Below are positions 10,044 to 22,000 of a stretch of 50,428 nt of DNA, in pieces. A program made the position numbers and the translations under genes. How positions within the stretch are numbered: the stretch's first letter is position 1; each line of letters begins with the position of its first letter. The notes under the pieces are model-generated. The model was not told the DNA's origin. It ran no database searches and saw nothing but the letters and a program-made list of their open reading frames with translations. The DNA is from Nemertoderma westbladi (lineage: Eukaryota; Animalia; Xenacoelomorpha), in assembly GCA_032718475.1 (NCBI GenBank), contig JAUCBJ010005789.1, positions 1 to 50,428 on the forward strand, given 5' to 3'.

Positions 10044-10440
10044 CCCTCTGGAACCTGTTCCTTTCCCTCAAATGGTAATATGATCGTTTATTGCTTTGGT
10101 TAGACTTAGAATAGCCCGTCCATGTAACCCGACCCGTCCCCTCAATTGGTAAAGTGGTCGTTTATTGTTTTGATTAGAAAAGCGCGCAGCTCTGTAACCT
10201 GCTCATTTCCCTTAATTTGTAATGTTATTGTTTTGGTTAGAAATGCCCGTCTCTGTTACAGCTCCTTTTCCTCATTTAGAACTGTGTCCGTTTATTGTTT
10301 TGGTTAGAAAAGGCCACCTCTGTAACCTGCTCCTTTCCCTCATTGGAAAAGTGATATTTTATTGTTTTTGGTTAGAAAAGCCGGCCTCTTTTACCTGCTC
10401 CTTCCTCACAACAATTGGTAATTGTTTTTGGTTATAAAAT
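10044..10440. repeat. Old degenerate tandem repeat of about 60-70 bp, about 6 copies
   Basis: CTCTGTAACCTGCTCCTTTCCCTCA...TTATTGTTTTGGTTAGAAAAG recurs with indels. A related piece lies at about 12065-12145. Confidence 0.75.
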
Positions 10441-10645
10441 GACTGTTTTGCTAGAGTCATATGGTAATCGATTATCGACAACATCCAGAAATTATTAAAT
10501 TTAGCACAGGTGCATATAGGGAAATATATGTCATTTTCCAAGTGGTATAAAGACTGGTAGAAACTTAGATCTGATAATGTATTTAGGCTACACAATAGAA
10601 ATTCAAAACAGCGCTGAGGTAGCACACCAATTCTATCACCGGAAT

Positions 10646-11314
10646 ATCACCTTAACTTTTGTATATCCCCCAGAGTCTCTCACTGTGAGTTAATCACCTT
10701 AACTTTTGTATATCCCCCAGAGTATCTCACTGTTAGTTAATCACCTTAACTTTTGTATATCCCCAGAGTCTATCTCACTGTGAGTTAATCACCTTAACTT
10801 TTGTATATCCCCCAGAGTCTCTCACTGTTAGTTAATCACCTTAACTTTTGTATATCCCCCAGAGTCTCTCACTGTTAGTTAATCACCTTAACTTTTGTAT
10901 ATCCCCCAGAGTCTCTCACTGTGAGTTAATCACCTTAACTTTTGTATATCCCCCAGAGTATCTCACTGTTAGTTAATCACCTTAACTTTTGTATATCCCC
11001 AGAGTCTATCTCACTGTGAGTTAATCACCTTAACTTTTGTATATCCCCCAGAGTCTCTCACTGTTAGTTAATCACCTTAACTTTTGTATATCCCCCAGAG
11101 TCTCTCACTGTTAGTTAATCACCTTAACTTTTGTATATCCCCAGAGTCTATCTCACTGTGAGTTAATCAACTTAACTTTTGTATATCCCCCAGAGTCTCT
11201 CACTGTTAGTTAATCACCTTAACTTTTGTATATCCCCCAGAGTCTCTCACTGTTAGTTAATCACCCTAACTTTTGTATATCCCCCAGAGTCTATCTCACT
11301 GTGAGTTAATCACC
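10646..11314 (+). repeat. 47-48-bp tandem repeat (14 copies) made of an intron 3' end plus the first ~27 nt of the next exon
   Basis: Unit ATCACCTTAACTTTTGTATATCCCCCAG|AGTCT(AT)CTCACTGT(G/T)AGTTA. The last copy is the real acceptor at 11286-11287. Confidence 0.95.
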
Positions 11315-11500
11315 GATGAAGGTATTCGCCACCTTGGAAGTGCACCCTCCGCTCCGGAACACCTGCGGGTTATCGAGTTAGACAACTGTCCGTTGATAAC
11401 GGACGCGTCATTGGAACACCTCTCGGGCTGTCTCAGTCTGGGACGGATTGAGTTGTACGACTGTCAGCTTATATCCCGGATGGGGATACGTAAATTGAGG
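11288..11500 (+). CDS. FBXL20: FBXL2/FBXL20 family penultimate coding exon
   Basis: cccccAG|SLSHCELITDEGIRHLGSAPSAPEHLRVIELDNCPLITDASLEHLSGCLSLGRIELYDCQLISRMGIRKLR|GTAAGT; closely matches the family motifs SLSHCELITD, ELDNCPLITD and ELYDCQ. Confidence 0.96.
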
Positions 11501-11591
11501 GTAAGTTAAGTTTCAAATATTTACTAATAATTAATTTATTAGACTTTCTATCACTAAAACTAGTTAAGAGAAAATCTTTCCGTACTTGCAC

Positions 11592-11860
11592 TTATACTGA
11601 GCGGACTCGAGCTGACCTCCCAGTATATAGATTCTGTCGCCGCCGCCGTAACGTGCATGTATCATGTCTGTCTATGTCTGACTCCCAGAAATAGATGGGA
11701 TTGGAAGATGCAAACCAAGAATGACTTGCATCAACCAAATAAACTGCCTCCCATATAATATAATACACAGTTTTGTCTAAGCAGACAAATTTGTGCGATT
11801 TATGAAATGTTATCCCTATGCGCAACTTGCGAAACGACCCCAAAGAACAGTTTATTGTAA
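11592..11860 (+). mobile_element. Possible DINE/HINE-like (Helentron-derived) non-autonomous fragment
   Basis: A short inverted pair TATACTG...CAGTATA is followed by (GCC)n and GTCT-like microsatellite and a TCCCA...TGGGA hairpin. The architecture is suggestive only and the right boundary is a guess. Confidence 0.3.
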
Positions 11861-13029
11861 ATGATAGTTTCCATAGTTAATAAGTAATACTGCACTGGAG
11901 CAAATTTCATTATTATTATTACTCAAACTCTATTTATACTTTAGTAGTTTAGTTTCATTATTTTACAACTTTAAGTCAGAGAAAATCCCATCTCACTACT
12001 CACTTGGTAACTTTGCTCACTTTATGGGATATAAACACTACGCCGACAATGACAAATATGAAACTATAACCTGTTCTAATGACTCACGTATTGTTTTGGT
12101 TATAATAACCTTCTACTGTAACCTGTTTCTTCTCCTCACTTGTAATTGATAGTAATTATTAATTATCATTAATATACGTTGTCGGTTTTTGTTGTCGGTT
12201 GTCGGCGTATACATATTTCTACAATGTTAGATAATCTTTGCTGAGATTAGGTTAAGTGATTCTGTTCAATGCGTTGTGGTCGGGTTTTTTTTTTTATTTT
12301 TTTGCAATAATTGTATTATTAAGTTTATTAAATAATTTTAAAATATAACAATAATTGTAATATTATTTATTATAATGCTATACAAAGTTTGTAATACCTA
12401 GGGCAATAGAACAATTCAAAAATTGTTTATGTTTGTAATATTTCCGAAATAAAATCAATGTGATAATAGCAATGTTGTAATTACGACCTAATAATAATTA
12501 ACTCTCCCCACAGACCTGCCCTGCCTACATGTTCAGGATTCACTTTACTAATTCTGACTAATTCTAAATAGACTAGAAGGTAGAACACCCTATATAAAAT
12601 TTTTCGATTTTGAGGTTTTGATCGATTCCGGGGAAATCGGTGGTGCTCTTTCTCGTGGTGTTGTCCGTTTTACCGTATCTCCACCCGTTACAGGTCTCAA
12701 TACCGTGAAAAATACCCTATGTAGCCTTTTTTGGAACAATATAGTATATTATCTTGTGGTAAACACAGAATTCGACATAGGGTATATTTCAATTGCACAT
12801 AGAGTGTTCTGACTAGAGAGTATAATGATAGGGTGTTTTGCAAACTCGTATATTAATACGTAATTGGATATTAAATAATGTTCTGTAACATTCCTAAGGA
12901 GTAATATAGAGGTACAATAAGAAATTAACCACCATAATAGCACATTCAAACAGGACGACTAAGAGAAACAGGACGACTAGGAGAATGAACAGGGAGTTGT
13001 TAACCGGAAATGGTGATGGGCCAGGTTTT

Positions 13030-16000
13030 GTGGAGGTGATGGAGTAGATGAACAGTGGATGTCGGAGGTAGATGGAGTGGGTGGACAGGGGATGTCGGAG
13101 GATATATATGGAGTGGGTGGACAGGGGATGTTGGAGGTAGATGGAGTGGGTGGACAGGGGTTGTCGGAGGTAGATAGAGTGGGTGGACAGGGGATGTCGA
13201 GGGTAGATTGAGTAGATGAACATGGGATGTCAGAGGTAGATGGAGTGGGTGGACAGGGCATGTCGGGGGATATTTATGGAATGGGTGGACAGGGGATGTC
13301 AGAGGTAGATGGAGTGGGTGGACAGGGGATGTCGAGGGTAGATTGAGTAGATGAACAGGGGATGTCGGAGGTAGATGGAGTGGATCGACATGGGATGTCG
13401 AGGGTAGATTGAGTAGATGGACAGGGGATGTCAGAGGTAGATGGAGTTGGTGGACGGGGGATGTCGGAGGTAGATGGAGTGGATGGACAGGGGATGTCGG
13501 AGGTAGATGGATTGGGTGGACATGGGATGTTGGAGGTAGATGGAGTGGGTGGAAAGGAGGTGTTGTTAGAGGTAGATGGAGTGGATCGACATGGGATGTC
13601 GAGGGTAGATTGAGTAGATGGACAGGGGATGTCAGAGGTAGATGGAGTTGGTGGACAGGGGATGTTGGAGGTAGATGGAGTGGGTGGACAGGTGATGTCG
13701 AGGGTAGATTGAGTAGATGAACAGGGGATGTCTGAGGTAGACGGAGTGGCTAGACAGGGGATGTCAGAGGTAGATTGAGTGGATGGACATGGGATGTCGG
13801 AGGTAGATGAAGTTGGTGGACGGGGGATGTCGGAGGTAGATGGAGTGGATGGACAGGGGATGTCGGAGGTAGATGAAGTTGGTGGACGGGGGATGTCGGA
13901 GGTAGATGAAGTTGGTGGACAGGGGATGTTGGAGGTAGATGGAGTGGGTGGACATGGGATGTTGGAGGTAGATGGAGTGGGTGGAAAGGAGGTGTTGGAG
14001 TTAGATGGATTGGGTGGATAAGGATGTCGGAGGTAGATGGATTGGGTGGACAGGGGATGTTGGAGGTAGATGGAGTGGATGGACAGGGGATGTCGAGATT
14101 GATGGAGTGGGTGGACAGGGGATGTTGGAGGTATATGGAGTGGGTGGACAGGGGATGTCGGAGGTAGATGGAGTGGAATGACAGGGAATGTCGAGATTGA
14201 TGGAGTGGGTGGACAGGGGATGTTGGAGGTAGATGGATTGGGTGGACAGGGGATGTCGAGGGTAAATGGAGTAGATGAACAGGGGATGTCGGAGGTAGAT
14301 GAAGTTGGTGGGCGGGGGGATGTGGAGATTGATGGAGTGGATGGACAGGGGATGTTGGAGGTAGATGGATTGGGTGGACAGGGGATGTTGGAGGTAGATG
14401 GAGTAGATGAACAGGGTGGGTCGGGGGTAGATTGAATGGGTGGACAGGAGGTGTTGGAGGTAGATGGAGTGGGTGGACAGGGGATGTCAGAAGTAGATGG
14501 AGTGGGTGGACAGGGGATGTTGGAGGTAGATGGATTGGGTGGACAGGGAATGTTGGAGGTAGTTGGAGTGGGTGGACGGGGATGTCAGAAGTAGATGGAG
14601 TGGGTGGACAGGGGATGTTGGAGGTAGATGGATTGGGTGGATAAGGGATGTCGGAGGTAGATGGATTGGGTGGACAGGGAATGTTGGAGGTAGATGGATT
14701 GGGTGGACAGGGGATGTCAGAAGTAGATGGAGTGGGTGGACAGGGGATGTTGGAGGTAGATGGATTGGGTGGACAGGGGATGTTGGAGGTAGATGGAGTG
14801 GGTGGACAGGGGATGTCAGAAGTAGATGGAGTGGGTGGACAGGGGATGTCAGAAGTAGATGGAGTGGGTGGACAGGGGATGTTGGAGGTAGATGGATTGG
14901 GTGGATAAGGGATGTCAGAGGTAGATGGATTGGGTGGACAGGGGATGTTGGAGGTAGATAGAGTGGGTGGACAGGGGATGTCAGAAGTAGATGGAGTGGG
15001 TGGACAGGGGATGTTGGAGGTAGATGGATTGGGTGGATAAGGGATGTCGGAGGTAGATGGATTGGGTGGACAGGGGATGTTGGAGGTAGATGGAGTGGGT
15101 GGACAGGGGATGTCAGAAGTAGATGGAGTGGGTGGACAGGGGATGTTGGAGGTAGATGGATTGGGTGGATAAGGGATGTCGGAGGTAGATGGATTGGGTG
15201 GACAGGGGATGTTGGAGGTAGATGGATTGGTTGGACAGGGGATGTTGAAGGTAGATGGAGTGGGTGGACAGGGGATGTCAGAAGTAGATGGAGTGGGTGG
15301 ACAGGGGATGTTGGAGGTAGATGGATTGGGTGGATAAGGGATGTCGGAGGTAGATGGATTTGGTGGACAGGAGGTGTTGGAGGTAGATGGATTGGGTGGA
15401 CAGGGGATGTTGGAGATAGATAGATTGGATGGACAGGGGATGTCAGAAGTAGATGGATTGGGTGGACAGGGGATGTCAGAAGTAGATGGAGTGGGTGGAC
15501 AGGGGATGTTGGAGGTAGATGGATTGGGTGGATAAGGGATGTCGGAGGTAGATGGAGTGCGTGGACAGGGGATGTCAGAAGTAGATGGAGTGGGTGGACA
15601 GGGGATGTTGGAGGTAGATGGATTGGGTGGATAAGGGATGTCGGAGGTAGATGGATTGGGTGGACAGGAGGTGTTGGAGGTAGATGGATTGGGTGGACAG
15701 GAGGTGTTGGAGGTAGATGGAGTGGGTGGACAGGGGATGTTGGAGGTAGATGGATTGGGTGGATAAGGGATGTCGGAGGTAGATGGATTGGGTGGACAGG
15801 GGATGTTGGAGGTAGATGGAGTGGGTGGACAGGGGATGTCAGAAGTAGATGGAGTGGGTGGACAGGGAATGTTGGAGGTAGATGGATTGGGTGGACAGGG
15901 GATGTCGGAGGTAGATGGATTGGGTGGACAGGGGATGTTGGAGGTAGATGGATTGGTTGGACAGGGGATGTTGAAGGTAGATGGAGTGGGTGGACAGGGG

Positions 16001-19000
16001 ATGTCAGAAGTAGATGGAGTGGGTGGACAGGGGATGTCAGAAGTAGATGGAGTGGGTGGACAGGGGATGTTGGAGGTAGATGGATTGGGTGGATAAGGGA
16101 TGTCGGAGGTAGATGGATTTGGTGGACAGGAGGTGTTGGAGGTAGATGGAGTGGGTGGACAGGGGATGTTGGAGATAGATAGATTGGATGGACAGGGTAT
16201 GTCAGAAGTAGATGGATTGGGTGGACAGGGGATGTCAGAAGTAGATGGAGTGGGTGGACAGGGGATGTTGGAGGTAGATGGATTGGGTGGATAAGGGATG
16301 TCGGAGGTAGATGGAGTGGGTGGACAGGGGATGTTGGAGGTAGATGGATTGGGTGGATAAGGGATGTCGGAGGTAGATGGATTGGGTGGACAGGGGATGT
16401 TGGAGGTAGATGGAGTGGGTGGAAAGGAGGTGTTGGAGGTAGATGGAGTGGGTGGACAGGGGATGTTGGAGGTAGATGGAGTGGATGGACAGGGGATGTC
16501 GAGATTGATGGAGTGGGTGGACAGGGGATGTCGGAGGTAGATGGAGTGGAATGACAGGGAATGTCGAGATTGATGGAGTGGGTGGACAGGGGATGTTGGA
16601 GGTAGATGGATTGGGTGGACAGGGGATGTCGAGGGTAAATGGAGTAGATGAACAGGGGATGTCGGAGGTAGATGAAGTTGGTGGGCGGGGGGATGTCGAG
16701 ATTGGTGGAGTGGATGGACAGGGGATGTTGGAGGTAGATGGATTGGGTGGACAGGGGATGTTGGAGGTAGATGGAGTAGATGAACAGGGTGGGTCGGGGG
16801 TAGATTGAATGGGTGGACAGGAGGTGTTGGAGGTAGATGGAGTGGGTGGACAGGGGATGTCAGAAGTAGATGGAGTGGGTGGACAGGGGATGTTGGAGGT
16901 AGATGGATTGGGTGGACAGGGAATGTTGGAGGTAGATGGAGTGGGTGGACGGGGATGTCAGAAGTAGATGGAGTGGGTGGACAGGGGATGTTGGAGGTAG
17001 ATGGATTGGGTGGATAAGGGATGTCGGAGGTAGATGGATTGGGTGGACAGGGAATGTTGGAGGTAGATGGATTGGGTGGACAGGGGATGTCAGAAGTAGA
17101 TGGAGTGGGTGGACAGGGGATGTTGGAGGTAGATGGATTGGGTGGACAGGGGATGTTGGAGGTAGATGGAGTGGGTGGACAGGGGATGTCAGAAGTAGAT
17201 GGAGTGGGTGGACAGGGGATGTCAGAAGTAGATGGAGTGGGTGGACAGGGGATGTTGGAGGTAGATGGATTGGGTGGATAAGGGATGTCAGAGGTAGATG
17301 GATTGGGTGGACAGGGGATGTTGGAGGTAGATAGAGTGGGTGGACAGGGGATGTCAGAAGTAGATGGAGTGGGTGGACAGGGGATGTTGGAGGTAGATGG
17401 ATTGGGTGGATAAGGGATGTCGGAGGTAGATGGATTGGGTGGACAGGGGATGTTGGAGGTAGATGGAGTGGGTGGACAGGGGATGTCAGAAGTAGACTGA
17501 GTGGGTGGACAGGGGATGTTGGAGGTAGATGGATTGGGTGGATAAGGGATGTCGGAGGTAGATGGATTGGGTGGACAGGGGATGTTGGAGGTAGATGGAT
17601 TGGTTGGACAGGGGATGTTGAAGGTAGATGGAGTGGGTGGACAGGGGATGTCAGAAGTAGATGGAGTGGGTGGACAGGGGATGTTGGAGGTAGATGGATT
17701 GGGTGGATAAGGGATGTCGGAGGTAGATGGATTTGGTGGACAGGAGGTGTTGGAGGTAGATGGATTGGGTGGACAGGGGATGTTGGAGATAGATAGATTG
17801 GATGGACAGGGGATGTCAGAAGTAGATGGATTGGGTGGACAGGGGATGTCAGAAGTAGATGGAGTGGGTGGACAGGGGATGTTGGAGGTAGATGGATTGG
17901 GTGGATAAGGGATGTCGGAGGTAGATGGAGTGCGTGGACAGGGGATGTCAGAAGTAGATGGAGTGGGTGGACAGGGGATGTTGGAGGTAGATGGATTGGG
18001 TGGATAAGGGATGTCGGAGGTAGATGGATTGGGTGGACAGGAGGTGTTGGAGGTAGATGGATTGGGTGGACAGGAGGTGTTGGAGGTAGATGGAGTGGGT
18101 GGACAGGGGATGTTGGAGGTAGATGGATTGGGTGGATAAGGGATGTCGGAGGTAGATGGATTGGGTGGACAGGGGATGTTGGAGGTAGATGGAGTGGGTG
18201 GACAGGGGATGTCAGAAGTAGATGGAGTGGGTGGACAGGGAATGTTGGAGGTAGATGGATTGGGTGGACAGGGGATGTCGGAGGTAGATGGATTGGGTGG
18301 ACAGGGGATGTTGGAGGTAGATGGATTGGTTGGACAGGGGATGTTGAAGGTAGATGGAGTGGGTGGACAGGGGATGTCAGAAGTAGATGGAGTGGGTGGA
18401 CAGGGGATGTCAGAAGTAGATGGAGTGGGTGGACAGGGGATGTTGGAGGTAGATGGATTGGGTGGATAAGGGATGTCGGAGGTAGATGGATTTGGTGGAC
18501 AGGAGGTGTTGGAGGTAGATGGAGTGGGTGGACAGGGGATGTTGGAGATAGATAGATTGGATGGACAGGGTATGTCAGAAGTAGATGGATTGGGTGGACA
18601 GGGGATGTCAGAAGTAGATGGAGTGGGTGGACAGGGGATGTTGGAGGTAGATGGATTGGGTGGATAAGGGATGTCGGAGGTAGATGGAGTGGGTGGACAG
18701 GGGATGTTGGAGGTAGATGGATTGGGTGGATAAGGGATGTCGGAGGTAGATGGATTGGGTGGACAGGGGATGTTGGAGGTAGATGGAGTGGGTGGAAAGG
18801 AGGTGTTGGAGGTAGATGGAGTGGGTGGACAGGGGATGTTGGAGGTAGATGGAGTAGATGAACAGGGTGTATCGGGGGTAGATTGAATGGGTGGACAGGA
18901 GGTGTTGGAGTTAGATGGATTGGGTGGATAAGGATGTCGGAGGTAGATGGATTGGGTGGACAGGGGATGTTGGAGGTAGATGGAGTGGATGGACAGGGGA

Positions 19001-22000
19001 TGTCGAGATTGATGGAGTGGGTGGACAGGGGATGTCGGAGGTAGATGGAGTGGAATGACAGGGAATGTCGAGATTGATGGAGTGGGTGGACAGGGGATGT
19101 TGGAGGTAGATGGATTGGGTGGACAGGGGATGTCGAGGGTAAATGGAGTAGATGAACAGGGGATGTCGGAGGTAGATGAAGTTGGTGGGCGGGGGGATGT
19201 CGAGATTGGTGGAGTGGATGGACAGGGGATGTTGGAGGTAGATGGATTGGGTGGACAGGGGATGTTGGAGGTAGATGGAGTAGATGAACAGGGTGGGTCG
19301 GGGGTAGATTGAATGGGTGGACAGGAGGTGTTGGAGGTAGATGGAGTGGGTGGACAGGGGATGTCAGAAGTAGATGGAGTGGGTGGACAGGGGATGTTGG
19401 AGGTAGATGGATTGGGTGGACAGGGAATGTTGGAGGTAGATGGAGTGGGTGGACGGGGATGTCAGAAGTAGATGGAGTGGGTGGACAGGGGATGTTGGAG
19501 GTAGATGGATTGGGTGGATAAGGGATGTCGGAGGTAGATGGATTGGGTGGACAGGGAATGTTGGAGGTAGATGGATTGGGTGGACAGGGGATGTCAGAAG
19601 TAGATGGAGTGGGTGGACAGGGGATGTTGGAGGTAGATGGATTGGGTGGACAGGGGATGTTGGAGGTAGATGGAGTGGGTGGACAGGGGATGTCAGAAGT
19701 AGATGGAGTGGGTGGACAGGGGATGTCAGAAGTAGATGGAGTGGGTGGACAGGGGATGTTGGAGGTAGATGGATTGGGTGGATAAGGGATGTCAGAGGTA
19801 GATGGATTGGGTGGACAGGGGATGTTGGAGGTAGATAGAGTGGGTGGACAGGGGATGTCAGAAGTAGATGGAGTGGGTGGACAGGGGATGTTGGAGGTAG
19901 ATGGATTGGGTGGATAAGGGATGTCGGAGGTAGATGGATTGGGTGGACAGGGGATGTTGGAGGTAGATGGAGTGGGTGGACAGGGGATGTCAGAAGTAGA
20001 CTGAGTGGGTGGACAGGGGATGTTGGAGGTAGATGGATTGGGTGGATAAGGGATGTCGGAGGTAGATGGATTGGGTGGACAGGGGATGTTGGAGGTAGAT
20101 GGATTGGTTGGACAGGGGATGTTGAAGGTAGATGGAGTGGGTGGACAGGGGATGTCAGAAGTAGATGGAGTGGGTGGACAGGGGATGTTGGAGGTAGATG
20201 GATTGGGTGGATAAGGGATGTCGGAGGTAGATGGATTTGGTGGACAGGAGGTGTTGGAGGTAGATGGATTGGGTGGACAGGGGATGTTGGAGATAGATAG
20301 ATTGGATGGACAGGGGATGTCAGAAGTAGATGGATTGGGTGGACAGGGGATGTCAGAAGTAGATGGAGTGGGTGGACAGGGGATGTTGGAGGTAGATGGA
20401 TTGGGTGGATAAGGGATGTCGGAGGTAGATGGAGTGCGTGGACAGGGGATGTCAGAAGTAGATGGAGTGGGTGGACAGGGGATGTTGGAGGTAGATGGAT
20501 TGGGTGGATAAGGGATGTCGGAGGTAGATGGATTGGGTGGACAGGAGGTGTTGGAGGTAGATGGATTGGGTGGACAGGAGGTGTTGGAGGTAGATGGAGT
20601 GGGTGGACAGGGGATGTTGGAGGTAGATGGATTGGGTGGATAAGGGATGTCGGAGGTAGATGGATTGGGTGGACAGGGGATGTTGGAGGTAGATGGAGTG
20701 GGTGGACAGGGGATGTCAGAAGTAGATGGAGTGGGTGGACAGGGAATGTTGGAGGTAGATGGATTGGGTGGACAGGGGATGTCGGAGGTAGATGGATTGG
20801 GTGGACAGGGGATGTTGGAGGTAGATGGATTGGTTGGACAGGGGATGTTGAAGGTAGATGGAGTGGGTGGACAGGGGATGTCAGAAGTAGATGGAGTGGG
20901 TGGACAGGGGATGTCAGAAGTAGATGGAGTGGGTGGACAGGGGATGTTGGAGGTAGATGGATTGGGTGGATAAGGGATGTCGGAGGTAGATGGATTTGGT
21001 GGACAGGAGGTGTTGGAGGTAGATGGAGTGGGTGGACAGGGGATGTTGGAGATAGATAGATTGGATGGACAGGGTATGTCAGAAGTAGATGGATTGGGTG
21101 GACAGGGGATGTCAGAAGTAGATGGAGTGGGTGGACAGGGGATGTTGGAGGTAGATGGATTGGGTGGATAAGGGATGTCGGAGGTAGATGGAGTGGGTGG
21201 ACAGGGGATGTTGGAGGTAGATGGATTGGGTGGATAAGGGATGTCGGAGGTAGATGGATTGGGTGGACAGGGGATGTTGGAGGTAGATGGAGTGGGTGGA
21301 AAGGAGGTGTTGGAGGTAGATGGAGTGGGTGGACAGGGGATGTTGGAGGTAGATGGAGTAGATGAACAGGGTGTATCGGGGGTAGATTGAATGGGTGGAC
21401 AGGAGGTGTTGGAGTTAGATGGATTGGGTGGATAAGGATGTCGGAGGTAGATGGATTGGGTGGACAGGGGATGTTGGAGGTAGATGGAGTGGATGGACAG
21501 GGGATGTCGAGATTGATGGAGTGGGTGGACAGGGGATGTCGGAGGTAGATGGAGTGGAATGACAGGGAATGTCGAGATTGATGGAGTGGGTGGACAGGGG
21601 ATGTTGGAGGTAGATGGATTGGGTGGACAGGGGATGTCGAGGGTAAATGGAGTAGATGAACAGGGGATGTCGGAGGTAGATGAAGTTGGTGGGCGGGGGG
21701 ATGTCGAGATTGGTGGAGTGGATGGACAGGGGATGTTGGAGGTAGATGGATTGGGTGGACAGGGGATGTTGGAGGTAGATGGAGTAGATGAACAGGGTGG
21801 GTCGGGGGTAGATTGAATGGGTGGACAGGAGGTGTTGGAGGTAGATGGAGTGGGTGGACAGGGGATGTCAGAAGTAGATGGAGTGGGTGGACTGGGGATG
21901 TTGGAGGTAGATGGATTGGGTGGACAGGGAATGTTGGAGGTAGATGGAGTGGGTGGACGGGGATGTCAGAAGTAGATGGAGTGGGTGGACAGGGGATGTT

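Noticed and set aside
11273-11509. ORF-track 78-aa protein as a standalone gene
   Set aside because: It is the FBXL exon 11288-11500 plus intron sequence on both sides.
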